Shown piece by piece: positions 1 to 13,397 of a stretch of DNA of 64,000 bases. Origin of the DNA: Octopus vulgaris (Eukaryota). The position numbers were made by a program, and so were the translations under genes. Positions within the stretch are counted from its first letter, which is position 1; the number at the start of each line of letters is the position of its first letter. The stretch is from positions 118,048,001-118,112,000 of the forward strand of contig OX597822.1 in NCBI GenBank assembly GCA_951406725.2, given 5' to 3'. Below the pieces are notes generated by a model. The model ran no database searches and had not been told where the DNA came from. It saw only the letters and a list, made by a program, of their open reading frames with translations.

Positions 1-42
1 TGTATGTATATGTGTATGCTTATTCATAATGTTGGATCTTAA

Positions 43-149
43 GGAAGCAGAAGTCGAAGGCTGCAAGTGGAACTCGAACTCTCATCTCCTGTCATGTTTA
101 CAGGAGCTGTGGGTTTGAGCCCCACAGCCAGCCTTCGGTTTTTGTTTCT
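43..149. repeat. ~107-bp imperfect inverted repeat (hairpin)
   Basis: GGAAGCAGAAGTCGAAGGCTG pairs with CAGCCTTCGGTTTTTGTTTCT; the inner CTCCTGT/ACAGGAG closes a CATGTTT loop. Confidence 0.75.
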
Positions 150-1718
150 CCAGAGGAATTTTTAACCGAATATATACACTCTATTATATCTAGCCTGTCT
201 GTTTCGACATCCAAATTTCCAATAAAAGATTTATTCCATGTTCTCTTATAACGTCAGTAAATACACATGTCCAATATTCCAACTTGCCATATAAATGTTC
301 TACTCTTCTTCTTTATTATCATTAATATGGATTACAATAGAACTTCTTTCAACAACGTAGCAATAGTGTCGTCTCTTTCTGTTTACAGTTTTAACCAATT
401 CAGGTGCTTCCCGTAAATCCCTAAACGACATTAATCGAATTTGCTAATCCGAATGAGCAATGCTATTTCATTTCTTTATCCTGGTCATCTACATAATTGC
501 TCCAGAATTAATAATTAGAGACTTTATGCAGGATTCTAGAGGTGTGTGAATCTAAATTACAATGAGCGACAACATTTATCGCAAGTACTTTGAGTATTAC
601 GAAATGAGATAGCTTTTAAACCATTGAATATTGAATACTCTGAGATGGTGTTTCTCATAAACGGCAAGATGGAAAAGGGCAGCAAAATTAGCATGTTTGA
701 TAAAATTATATGCTTTTACAAATTTCCCACTCATCCAGTAACGAAGGGGAAAGCATTGTAAGGATACAGACTCTCCTTTGTCTTCTCGTTAATATTTCAC
801 TAATAATATGCTTTACAAATGATTTTGGAAAGGTTGGGGTGTGTAGATCTGAAGATCTCCGAACTAAGTAACATCAATAGGGTGCTATTAATAGGTGGTA
901 CAACAGCTAATCATTGAGTCACACACACCCCTCACCAAATAAGAAAACTGGTTCACACCACTACTTTGAAAGAGCAAGTCACATGGCTGTTGTTCGACAG
1001 GCCATAAATAACAACCAAATACCCCTCGAATAACTTCTTACCGTCTTAGAGTAAGGTTTCATAAAGCAGTGTAGAATCGAAGATACAAAAAGACGGGATG
1101 CTGACGGCTGGAGTGCTTTTGGTCGTAGATATGGTCAATCAGACAAGATACAGAGTTAAACAACAATTTCCTAAGAAACTTTACTAAAAGAAGATTGCAT
1201 GGTAGTTTTGTTTCGAGGCTTTTTTTCCTTTCCATGTTATTTCGCAAGCTTACAACGAATGTGACATCGAAATCATGCGTAAACGGTTCCTTTCCCCAGA
1301 AAAGGAAATATTTGGATGCTATTTCTCGCACGCCCTCATACCACGTAACAGCAATATCAATAGCAAAATCTTACACACTACACATCATTTTAACTACCAT
1401 CGACATCAAGAAAGCATCTGAATCCATTCCTTGCTATTCATTTATATACTAGATATCCAACACCTCCTTTTACAAATGACACAACACGGATCACCAAGTG
1501 TATTTATAGGGTACACAGTATTGGATATACTCTTGGGGTTTAAGAACTGCAGCTCAGGAGCCTCCGCCGAGCAGAAGGCCCCCGAGGGTTAAGTAAAATG
1601 TTATTGAAAATATCACTGGAAAATTCATGTTACTCACTAAGTATACATGACCAGTATCCAAACATGCCATGAACGTGTTCTGACATTTCGTTGATTATTG
1701 TTATTCATACGGAATAAG

Positions 1719-1930
1719 GCGGCAAGCCGGCAGAATCGTTAGCACACTGGACGAAATGCTTAGCAGTATTTCGCCCATCGCTACGTTCTGAGTTCAAATT
1801 CTGCTGAGGTCAACTTTGCCTTTCATCCTTTCGGGGTCGATGAAATAAATACCAGTTGAACACTGGGGTCGATGTGATCCACTCATCCCTTTTCCCGAAA
1901 CTGCTGCCTTTGTGGCAAAATTTGAAACCA
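1719..1930 (+). mobile_element. tRNA-derived SINE, family B (TTTGAAACCA-tail subtype)
   Basis: GGCGGCAAGCCGGCAGAATCGTTAG head, GAGTTCAAAT B-box, GCCTTTCATCCTTTCGGGGTCGAT core; imperfect ~20-bp TSD (TTGTTATTCATACGGAATAA / TTATTATTCAAACAGAATAA). Similar copies occur across the window. Confidence 0.9.
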
Positions 1931-2822
1931 TTATTATTCAAACAGAATAATGCAAAAGTTGAGTTTCAATAACGTTGCGACAATGTCGCCACTTTCTCTT
2001 TCCAGTTTTAACTTATTCAGCTGTTTCCTCTAAATCATTAAACGACATTTATACATCATTGAGAAAATCACATTTAACAAAATTTTAACCTAATTCTGAC
2101 TGTACAAAACAGAATTTTCTGGACTAGCAAATGTTCTCTTAGTTAAACCACCTACCAATTTATCCAGAGAAGAAGTTGGTAGGAGATATCACACGGATCG
2201 GATGATACCACACGTACATGCTACCGCTGTGATACAGCTGTGCTACTATCCAAACCACAACAATCACCTGAAGACTTCTTTCCAAATCAATAAGAATAAA
2301 GCAACGCCCCTCAATTCTTCCAGCTTCATTTTAACGTCAATATTATGGAACATAACATTTGACCATTTGATTGAACATTATAGAACTACTCCATGTGTGG
2401 AAGACAAAAGTATTTGGAATTACATATAACACTTCTACAACACTCACAACACAAGAGCAATATAAGTAACAAAGCAAAACGAGACGCAAACATACTTTAA
2501 GAACTTGTAGGTACGACATTTAACCAACACCAAAAATTTATTAGTATCCAGGCATTGCATCAAATCCAGTGTGACACATAAAGGACTCGTCTTTTGTTCT
2601 CAATCTCTCTACAATAACCAGTAAGACCACACTGCAGCACACTTCTCATCAGCACACGCTATGTACAGATATCACCACTTTAGACTACTCGGAAGACAGT
2701 CTGCAGCAGACAGCAAACAGTTCCGCTGTGCACAATCACTTCAAACACCCAGAAGTATCAACAATAATGTACAACACTACTACTATACAACGCTAATATA
2801 TATATATATATATATATATATG

Positions 2823-3710
2823 CCATAAGTTCCGTCCGAATTTTGAATAAAGAAAACAAGTGACCAAATTTATATTTAAGTGAAATTTAATCATCAATGT
2901 ACTTTCCCTGATTATCTATGACTTCCTTCCATCTATTTACAAGCTTTTTAATCCCATCAATGTAAAACTCTGTTGGTTTCAACCTTTTTCCCATGAAGTT
3001 CCCTTCTCGGTTGTGGTTGAGCTTTTTCTCTTTTACCAAGCCACTGTTTACGACGTTTAACATTTCGATAGAAGATCCATTTTTCGTCACCAGTCACAAG
3101 TCTATCCAAAAAGGGTGAAATGAGTTCGCGAGAATGGGGAGAAGAGCAGATGTCAACTCGGCATTTGCAGTTGCTGTCGGACAATTCATGAGGCACCCAT
3201 TTTCCAAGTTTAAAAACCTTTCCAAGTTGTTGAAGATGACGATGAACAGTCGTATGGTTTGAACTAAGCTTTATTGCCAATTCTGCAACTGATAATGCAG
3301 GATTTTCTTCAATTCCTCAAGGAGATTATCATCAAACTCAACTTGAAGTCCAGTTCGATCTTCATCTTCAAGGCTGAAATCTCCACTTCTGAATTCTGTA
3401 AACCCTCTTCTGCAAGTTCTTTCATTCAAGCATTCTTTCCCATAAACTGAGTGTATGTTTCGAGACGTTTTGGCTGCAGAGTTTCCTTTTTTCCTACTCA
3501 TAAAGCATTATGTGCCTTAAAAGCTCTTTGGATACTTGCATGTTAGAAATTTTAATTCTATTATTCTGTAAAATAATATTTAATTAGTTTAAATGTACAC
3601 AAATGCATAAAAATAATTTTAAATTCCATTAGACATTCTAAAATACTATTAAATTTCCATTCAATTTTAAAATAGGTAAAATCAGACAAAACTTATGGGA
3701 TGACCTGATA
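2823..3710 (-). mobile_element. Tc1/mariner (mariner-type) DNA transposon, defective and internally deleted
   Basis: Frameshifted transposase pieces: HTH region (ERTCRRGF..FRSGDFSLEDE), WVPHEL, VTGDEKW, C-terminal FY.DGI.KL..RW..VID..G.Y. The TIR CCATAAGTT..GTC.GA.TTT occurs at 2823 and inverted at 3678-3710, ending in TA. Confidence 0.93.
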
Positions 3711-3751
3711 TATCATATACATATATATAGATATATGTATATGTATATATA

Positions 3752-3811
<60 letters not shown>

Positions 3812-4697
3812 AGAGAGAGAGAGAGAGAGAAAGAGAGAGATATCTACACGGTGTAAGGATAGAAAACAATTGTAGGGGGTCAAAAAGAAAAGTGTCAGAC
3901 ATCATAGTCATATAAAGAACTTTTCTAAAAGTATTTATCAGCGTCAGCAATCTGTTAAAACAGTCGACACCGGTAGCCATGCTCTGAGGTATTTACCATA
4001 TATGGACACACATACGCGCGTTCAACACACAGAGACACATACAGACACTCACAATTACGCACGCGCACACATGCACACACTCACTCAGTCACACACATTT
4101 CACCACGATCACTACTACACGAATTAATCTTTTCGTGTTTTAAATGTTGTTCATCAAATAAGATCAAAAATCGATAAACATTACTTTAAATGGATTTTTA
4201 GAACAGATTATGTTTCCTAGAAGAGAAAAAACAACACATTATTACTCTTGTTTTCCGACAAAATAAATAGAATGTAAAGATATTTTCTTCCGTTAATGAT
4301 ACTTGAAGCAGTTTATCCAAATCTAAACTGACCTAGAATAAATACATTTCGATTTTACTGTAGTGCTTTGCATTTTCCCTTCAATTTCCCTTCCAGATTT
4401 ACTGCCTCCAGTCTTACGTAATGGCTTTCATGTTACAGTATTTGTACTTCTCAAACTGTGAATATATTGGTCAATAGATATACGTTGCAACGTGTTTACT
4501 TAAATTTATATAAAACTAATGAGTATGTATTTCCAATCGATAAATCTTCAAACATTACTTTACGCATAATCACACGAAGAGCGTAAAGATGCGGGCGCTA
4601 GCTTAACCGTGTCGTTAAGGAGTTCTCCTCACAACCGTCCGATTCCGCTAAATGACATGTTGAGTAAATGTCTTCTCGTGGCGAAAGCTTCGCTTCA

Positions 4698-4761
<64 letters not shown>

Positions 4762-4804
4762 AAAAAATGAAGTTCGAAAATGCTGCTGTATTATACAATT
4801 TTTA

Positions 4805-4838
<34 letters not shown>

Positions 4839-5008
4839 CTTATTTGAGGGAATATTATTCTAACTTACAGGGAAAAATTCAATTTAGAAATACTAAATCA
4901 AATTTCACAAAATATAATATATATATATATATATAAATTAGAAAAAAAACACCTTTTATCAATTCAAAATGAACAATTAAATTACACCATCTAGAAAATT
5001 ACATATAA

Positions 5009-5112
5009 TAGAAATATTAAAATTAAAATAACAATAATATACTGATGATTAAGTAAATTGCAAAATAATAATAAAAACGTATATTATTGTTATTTTAATT
5101 TTAATATTTCTA
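5009..5112. repeat. Perfect 34-bp inverted repeat with CTGATGA at the arm/loop junction
   Basis: TAGAAATATTAAAATTAAAATAACAATAATATAC (5009-5042) is the exact reverse complement of 5079-5112. Confidence 0.9.
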
Positions 5113-5134
5113 CGATATAAATATATATATATAT

Positions 5135-5364
5135 ACTCTTTTACTCTTTTACTCTTTTACTTGTTTCAGTCATTTGACTGCGGCCATGCTGGAGCACTGC
5201 CTTTAATCGAGCAACTCGACCCCGGGACTTATTCTTTTGTAAGCCCAGTACTTATTCTATCGGTCTCTTTTGCCGAACCGCTAAGTAACGGGGGACATAA
5301 ACACACCAGCATCGGTTGTCAAGCAATGCTAGGGGGACAAACACAGACACACAAACACAGACAC

Positions 5365-5423
<59 letters not shown>

Positions 5424-5588
5424 TACGACAGGCTTATTTCAGTTTCCGTCTACCAAATCCACTCACAAGGTTTTGGTCGGCCCGAGGCTATAGTAGAAAA
5501 CACTTGCTCAAGGTGCCACGCAGTGGGACTGAACCCGGAACCATGTGGTTGGTAAGCAAGCTACTTACCACACAGCCACTCCTGCGCC
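5135..5588 (-). mobile_element. tRNA-derived SINE, family A, full length
   Basis: Head GGCGCAGGAGTGGCTGTGTGGTAAG..GGGTTCAGTCCC, CCTTGAGCAAGTG, internal (TA)n, (GAGTAAAA)n tail; near-identical to 13398, 52043 and 55191. Confidence 0.95.
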
Positions 5589-5735
5589 TATATATATATA
5601 TAAGGAAATGTAAGGATAAGCAAGTTAGGTAGGGTAATATACAAAAAATATTAAATATATTAAATACATACAAAAAGGTTCGACAGAATAGAAATGATAT
5701 CAAGAATTAAAGGCGTTGGAGAAGAGTATTACAAA

Positions 5736-5827
5736 TTCAACAGCTGTTTCTAGGTGCTCGGTGGTCCAAAATAATGCTTGTAAATTTATCCCATCGTCGC
5801 ATAATACGAGCCTCTATATTCAGGGAA
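5736..5827 (-). ncRNA. Degenerate type-I hammerhead ribozyme motif (PLE-type)
   Basis: Minus strand: TTCC-CTGAATA-TAGAGGCTCG...CGAGCACCTA-GAAACAGCTGTT-GAA. G8 is mutated; stem III is the palindrome ACAGCTGT. Confidence 0.55.
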
Positions 5828-6269
5828 GAAATCTTACATTTGAATTGTTGACAGAAAGGAGATTAAAGATGTATATATGTGTGTGCGTGTATATATTTAT
5901 GTGTATATGCGTATGTATATGTATGTGTGTGCGTGCATGTGTGTGTATATGTGTGTATGTGTATGTGTATGTGTGTTTTGGTATTGCATTTGTCTGGAAA
6001 GTGACATCATCTCAGACCGTGATATAAAGCTAAAGCGATTACATCATGGAAACACCATTTTAGCCGTCTAAAAATATAAAAAAATTCCTCTTAATTCCCG
6101 TTTAATTCATATCGTGAGATTATAGAACTTTCGACGCGCAATTACGAACAGGTCATTGTCAATCCTACTCGCAATGTGTGTGTGTGTTGCAGTGGAATGT
6201 GGCACCTGACGAAATGAAAATATTTTGCTATTCATTTCAGATCTGTACCAATCTAATGCTGGGTAAATG

Positions 6270-6480
6270 TAGAATCGTTAGAATCCCTTACAAAATGCCT
6301 TGTGGTATTTCTTATGGTATTCTACGTCTGCATTTCAATTTCTGCGGAGGTCAAAATATGCCTTCCATCAATCCCGGGTCGATAAAACATAGTACCAGTT
6401 AAATACTGGGGCTGTTGGTATCGGCTAAATTCTTCGCCTCAAATTCCGTTGTCTTTGTGCCTAATTTAGATATTATCATG
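6270..6480 (+). mobile_element. Diverged SINE family B
   Basis: AGAATCGTTAG..AAATGCCT..GGTATTTC..CCTTCCATC..GGGTCGATAAAA..GTACCAGTT..ACTGGGG. Confidence 0.75.
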
Positions 6481-6786
6481 TAAAGCAAGCCAATTCCAGT
6501 CAAAAGTTCTGCCTCAGGAGAATAGTTAGAGCGACAAGACAGAAGCGTTCCACTTTTGGCGTTCCGGGTTTAAATCTTGTGGCCTACTTCAACACCACAA
6601 GTAGCACTTTTGGTGCCAATTAGCGGAATCAGTTCTATCGCATCATTAATGCTAGGTTTCCGGTTTTAGAGGGCCTTCCTCCTACTCTCCCTCCCACAAA
6701 TCTCGGACGTACGGAAAAGGTCTGCGAGCAGTTTCCTCCCTCCTTATTAAGTGATATACAAACTGTATTTTTCAAGCTTTTCGATA

Positions 6787-7160
6787 GGCGCAGATATAGT
6801 TTTGGGGTTAATAAACTCGCTTTGTAACTATGGATACGGGTTCAGTCCGGCTGAGCGCACCTTGGGCGAATATCCTCTCCTAGATCTTCATGCTGACTGG
6901 CGCCTCGTGAATGAATCTGGCAAAGGGAATCTGTGTGGAAAACCGTCTTACGTGAATATGTGAGTGTGTGTTTGTGTCTGTCCCCATCACCACTCTATAA
7001 CTGTTGTTGTTTTGTTTACGTCCCTATAAGCTATCAATTCGGCAAAAGAGTTTAATAGAATACGTACCAGACGACTTATTCGACTAAACTCGTGAAGACG
7101 GTGCCCCAGCATGACCGTAGTCAAATGAATGAAACAAAAGGTAAAAGATAAAAGATAAAC
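6787..7160 (+). mobile_element. Diverged SINE family A
   Basis: GGCGCAG..GGGTTCAGTCC..CACCTTGGGCG..TTCGGCAAAAGAG..CCAGCATGACCGTAGTCAAATGA; (GATAAAA)n tail. Confidence 0.85.
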
Positions 7161-8194
7161 ATGAAATAATTGATTCTATTTATTCACATTAAAAACTGTT
7201 AAAACAAATGTTTATTCTCATCAAATGATTTATTAACAAGTATGATTTTCAATCTGAACTGTTTATGCAGAAAGAATCTGCAAATATTTATTATCCTCGA
7301 TAATTATTCATGATTCAACATTAGGGTAGCGGTTGGAGGAGAATCCTTCTACCTCCATTGAAACAGTAGCAACACCAAACATGGCGTTCATCTTGCTTCA
7401 CTCTGAAAAGTCTCGGAACAACATGGTCGGGTACATAAATTAAAGAATATTTATGTGGACTCGAGAACATAATTCCCTTTGATAAAATAAATACGTTGCC
7501 TTTCAAGTCACCGCGAAGCACCAAGGTATCAAGTATCGATTTCTTAACGAAAAACATTCTTAGATTTTTCTAGACTAAGCACAGTTATATTTCAAAATGA
7601 TGCAGAACAGCACAGCAAGCTGATGGAAGAGATTTTTTTTTCAGAATATTAAGGTTTGCCATAAATGACAAAATGTACAAATACAATAACCTCTTCTTGG
7701 CATCCACTTAGTAGTTTTATTGTGAATTTCACTCATATATCATATAACATCGAATCTAAAGAGTTTATTTTATTACGCCTTTTTTTCTTACTAGTTGCAA
7801 CTAGTCAAAACTTCTGTTTCTCATAGTGAGATGTATAACTATACTCTACGACGATGCTGTGTATCATACATTTAACAACTTTTAATTACATATAGACACA
7901 TCATTCCCACTTCTAATAAATGTACACATTGCTTAGATGAGGTAGACTTTGCAACGCTTACAGCGTCAGATTAGACATTTCTAAACACGTTCGTACAACC
8001 CACACACACACATACACACACGTGTGATATACAGCATAGTTATAGAGTTATACAGCTTACTATGAGTAACAGCAGTTTTGACTAGTTGCAACTTATAAGA
8101 AAAAGGCCTAATTAAAGAAAGTCTTCAGGTACCATGTTATATGATATATGAGTAAAATTCACAATAAAACATACACGTGTGTGTATGTGTGTGT

Positions 8195-8242
<48 letters not shown>

Positions 8243-8448
8243 GAAAGAGAGAGATAGAGAAAGAGATCTAGAAATGTGAAACAGAGGTAGTAATTTTTAA
8301 GTTTAAGAATGACAAAAGGATATTTACAAGCATGGAAACTCAATGATGGATGAGTCAAGATTGAATAAGGTGGTGAAGTTGTTAGGTGACACTTCAAGTC
8401 CCACTCATCAGTTTATGATAAGTATATGCACTTGTTTGTGTATACTGA

Positions 8449-8552
<104 letters not shown>

Positions 8553-10065
8553 AATAATAATAAGGATTATTACGAAGTTGCATAGCATTACCTTTAATTC
8601 TTTATATATATATACAGCTTTACTGAGATCTACACATGTTTCAACCGCACCGATTAGTAACCGTTGCAATTGCAACCCTGTTATAATACGCGTAATAATA
8701 CATCTATATATATATATGCGTATCATACACAAATTGTTATTCAAAACTATGAAGCCAGAGCACTGTCTGTTTTTTCTGGCGAAATATGCTACCCAAATTC
8801 ATGAAACTTGCCTCTAGGTAGGAAATGGAATAGAAGAAGGCATTGCAGTATTCAAATTTATTGAAATCCAAAAAAATAAATTAAATAATTCAGAAAACAT
8901 ACAGAGCCAGAAACCTTCTATTCAAAACTAAAACGCCAGGTTGAATAATGTTGCAAAAATGATGCAAAACTGGGAAATTATGATGTATGTCAATAATATT
9001 CTAATGCGATTCATCAACAATAGTGTGGTTGACCACCTCCTGCATGTAAATGAATTCATTCAGTAAAATATAAATATTTTAATCTTGGACTCAACTCCAG
9101 GAGGGGAACATGCCACTTCAATATTTTGCATGGTAGGCTAATTTAATACCTACGAAGAACAACTGCTCCTCCAAAATCAGATGTACGACTTGTACCGTTA
9201 ACTATTTTACTTCAATTCAAACTTTTCAACAAACGATGTTAAAGCCAGCAATACACTACGGAAACTTGATTTCTCTACTATATGAATCTATATATTTGTT
9301 AACTCAGATGAGATTTTAGTTTTTCTTTCTAAATTTTTTCTCCTCATAAAAGAGTAAATTCTGTAACCTATCTCCACAACATGTGGTAAAATATTGGATG
9401 AAGCCAAACAGAAATAATATATTCACTGTCTCTCTAGCAACTTCTTTCTGACATCGAGAAACGGCAATTATCTCGACATTTCTAAATTATCATTTCTCAT
9501 TGAAACCTTACTAGATCAATTTATCTTCAGTGTTCATTGACATATTGGTTATATTTCCCCATTACTCTATTACATGTGTGTATATGTGTCATCACTTCAT
9601 TATTTCTTGCAATACAACAACAGCTGAAAGATAGTCAGCTATGTATATCGTCTGATTACTTTCTAAACATGGTTCTATATAACATTTATACAAGACTCCT
9701 ATATACATTTCGGTGTATGGGAGCGCGAGGGTGTATGAATACATCCGTATGTGTAGACGAGTGTACGTGTTCTTTACTTTCCACGTAGAGAATTTATACT
9801 TATATCAGAGATTCAATTTCCATCTGAATCTGAGCTGCATCATCACAAAATAATGACATTTAAACAACTTTTTTCACTGCGACACATCTACACTGGTTTT
9901 CTATTGTTTTCTTATTTAACTAAGAAGGCGTAGATAAACAGAATTGAAATGCTACAGTTGTGAGAGAATTTAGGTATTTAAATTAAAATAGAAATATGTA
10001 GTATAGACATATATCTATACGTGTTTTATACACCTACATGAAGATAAATATGTGTGTGTTTCAGT

Positions 10066-10138
<73 letters not shown>

Positions 10139-10139
<1 letters not shown>

Positions 10140-10340
10140 GCGTGTGTACCGTTGGCGATTTTTTTCCTCTGTCTCCCCTTCTCTGGATCTTTCCTTTTCC
10201 TATGTTTCCGACGAAGTGCTCTGCTCGAAACGTTAAACCCTCCTTCTTTCCTTCTTCCTGAGCGTCCAATAATACTATATTTGTTCGACGTCCTCGCGTT
10301 GTTGTGTTTTTTTTTGTGTTTTCTTGTTTGGATTAACTTC
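10139..10340 (+). mobile_element. ~200-bp hammerhead-bearing island in (TA)n (PLE pseudo-LTR-like, family H1)
   Basis: Flanked by (TA)n; contains GTTT-CCGACGA-AGTGCTCTGCTC-GAAAC-GTT-AAAC at 10204-10238, followed by GAGCGTC.AA.AATAC shared with 43190, 47680 and 54400. Confidence 0.65.
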
Positions 10341-10536
10341 ATATATATATATATATATATATATATGTATAAAATAATAGTACGAAATGCGAATTCAAAA
10401 CTTTATATAGCTACAAGAGTAAGCCTACATTTGGAACCGAACTGTTGTAATCAAACAACGGTAAGCGTATGGAAAAATAAATCTTCACCTCTCGCTCATG
10501 GCTTTATGCTTTATATATGTATACATACGTACATAT

Positions 10537-10568
<32 letters not shown>

Positions 10569-10637
10569 GTAGGTCCCGGGTTGATTCGGGGTTAACCACA
10601 GTAAGTAAGGTACTCAATACATAGCAGAGTAAAATTA

Positions 10638-10769
10638 ATTTATTATATAGAAGGAGCTTCTACAGGACTAGTACTGTTTCATTCAAGAGAAATCTTCAGA
10701 GATCCAGGAAGCTTCCTGAAGATTTCTCTTGAATAACAGTACTAGTCCTGTAGAAGCTCCTTCTATATA

Positions 10770-10775
<6 letters not shown>
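10638..10775. repeat. ~60-bp-arm inverted repeat built from a hammerhead-containing sequence
   Basis: ATTTATTATATAGAAGGAGCTTCTACAGGACTAGTACTGTT(TC)ATTCAAGAGAAATCTTCAG is mirrored by CTGAAGATTTCTCTTGAATAACAGTACTAGTCCTGTAGAAGCTCCTTCTATATAATAAAT, with one 2-nt indel. Confidence 0.92.
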
Positions 10776-10818
<43 letters not shown>

Positions 10819-10970
10819 CATACATATACACACACACACGCAAAAATATTATACACACACAAACACACACACACATACACACACACATATAAGGTTCAGA
10901 CGTGGCTGCAATAAGTGTGTGAATCTGAGAGACGAATAAGTTGAATAAAATCACAAATGACCCTCCTCCA

Positions 10971-11033
<63 letters not shown>

Positions 11034-11046
11034 ATATATATGTATG

Positions 11047-11132
<86 letters not shown>

Positions 11133-11159
11133 AGATGGATAGATACACACATACATATA

Positions 11160-11310
11160 CGCCGGATTTCTACGCAGTTTCACTCACAAGACATTTGTTG
11201 GCCTGGGTCTAAATAGAAGTCATTTGCATAAGCAGCCATGCTGTAGTATTGAACGTGAAGGCATTTACTTAAACGGTGAGCTTCTTTAACTGTTAAACCA
11301 TGCCAGTACA
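11160..11310 (-). mobile_element. Diverged SINE family A 5' part
   Basis: CAGTTTCACTCACAAGACATTTGTTGGCCTGGG.CTAAATAGAAG matches family A. Confidence 0.55.
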
Positions 11311-11859
11311 TATAGGAGAAAATGCTAACAGTTGTAATTAAATTGTCCGCACTTAATTACTTAATTAATTTAAATGTTGACATGGCAATCAAGTGAATAT
11401 AATTTGTGTGTTAATATATTTATGTATACAGAAATATAATTAGTTTCATATATTAATTGTGAAACTCCTCGGGTTATATCGATTCTCTGGTTCATTATCT
11501 TGGGGAACAAAGTTGCCGTTTTTCTCCAAAATAACTCCTTTTCCTTTTATAATACAAAAAGGTTAACATTAGCGTCGTTGATTATAGTCAGCCAACGATT
11601 CACTCGCTGAATATCTGCATTTCTGACGCTGAGAGTGCCAAACGGGTTTTTGAATAACTCGATGCAAAACAAATACCACACACACTCACACATACACAGA
11701 AACACAAACACACACGTGCACGCACTTACACACACATACACAGGCGCACACATATCAATATATACATGCATGTACGTATGTGTGTTTGTGTGTGCGTGTG
11801 CGTGTGCGTGTGTTTGTGTGTATGTGTGTGCGTGTGTTTGTGTGCGTGTGTATATGCAG

Positions 11860-11866
11860 ACAGATG

Positions 11867-11911
<45 letters not shown>

Positions 11912-11969
11912 GTAGGTAGGTAGGTAGATAGATAGGTTGGTAGGTAGATAGATAGATAGATAGGTAGGT

Positions 11970-12050
<81 letters not shown>
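11860..12050. repeat. (GATA)n/(GGTA)n tetranucleotide microsatellite
   Basis: Direct reading. Confidence 0.95.
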
Positions 12051-12051
<1 letters not shown>

Positions 12052-13397
12052 GCTTCCACGCAGACTCCGGCGAAAATCAGTAGTGTAGCCAAGGCTATGG
12101 GAGAAGATACTTTCTAAAAATGTCACACAGATCGAACTCAAATTTGTCTGATTTGCGAAACTAACGTCTTAACTACACAAGTGTTTATACATAGCTGTGC
12201 AATTACGGCTGTCTCTGCAATTGTCGGCTTCCATATCTACACAGTAAAGATATCCAGTGCCCATTTGAAGTTTAATTTCTGAGACATGGTGGAGAGGTTA
12301 CCAAGATAAGTACAGAAACATATACAGATCACAATATTCTGTATTGGAGTTCTATTAAGAACTTGGGTTTCTTTCTGGGGTGAACATGAAAGCCAGTCCG
12401 GTATTGCTTAATGCAGAGTACACTACGCCAGTCAAGTAGTCAGCATCAGGTCCTTTTAGTTCTGTTCTACAGAAAGTTGTTTCCTTTATTCAGACTTGTC
12501 TCCACATGTAGCTTCATGCTTAATGAAGGGGTCTTTCACTTTTCTCATAAATAGTTGAGACGTCTCAATTCATAGTTTTTTGCATTGACATGAGATCGCG
12601 GACATGTAGAAGTGGTATGTAGTCCAATCTCATTACATGACTAATACGCATGTGTATTGGATGACTAATTCATACATATGAATTAGTCATGTGATAGATG
12701 TGATATATATCTGATTGATTCTGTCCGGTTCTGAACTGAGTACGTAGAAACGACTAAATACTGGAAGAAATTTATCCAGAGTTTTATTAGTGTTTTATTT
12801 TACCATTTCAGTGAAAAATCAATCTTAATTAAGCACTGTCTGGTGTCAGAGCTTAGTCGGAATCTTGATTGCTGGAACAAAATCCTTAAGCAGAAAGCTG
12901 TATAAAAGTCACTGGCAGATAAACAGAGTCAAACAAAAAGACTTTAATTTTGTTGAACTCTTAACGTGTCGCATTGGCAAATCAACATTATGCTATGGTG
13001 GCAAGCTTACAGATTAGAACCACAACACGATGAGTAATCCAGGGGTACGAGTTCAATTTGGGCAGCAGTTAACAGATTAGGTTTCTCTATGGAGTAACAC
13101 GGTCAATGTTTTTCTTCTTTCTAATTAGAACTGCCTGCTACCTTGATATAATTTTTCAAGGTAAAAATACAATTGAGTGTTAGAATAAATTGTCACCAAA
13201 ATAAATTAAGACCAAACTACAATCAATCCTGAACAGACAGACAGATGCTCGACTGAGTGGAGAAAGGAACTGAAGTACCATTCAACACAGTTGGACATGC
13301 ATTTATGAATTAATTGGTTTTATAATGTACGTCTATTTTTCCAGACATTTGGAAGCAAACGTTTCCAAATGTCTGAAGAAATATATATATATATATA

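Noticed and set aside
2130-2700. Decayed Penelope ORF; also possible RTE-like pieces at ~12240-12600 and a piggyBac-like Cys-rich piece at ~32040-32300
   Set aside because: Only isolated weak motifs by eye; an HMM search is needed.
7321-7557. 78-aa ORF as a host gene
   Set aside because: No recognisable domain and no supported exon chain.
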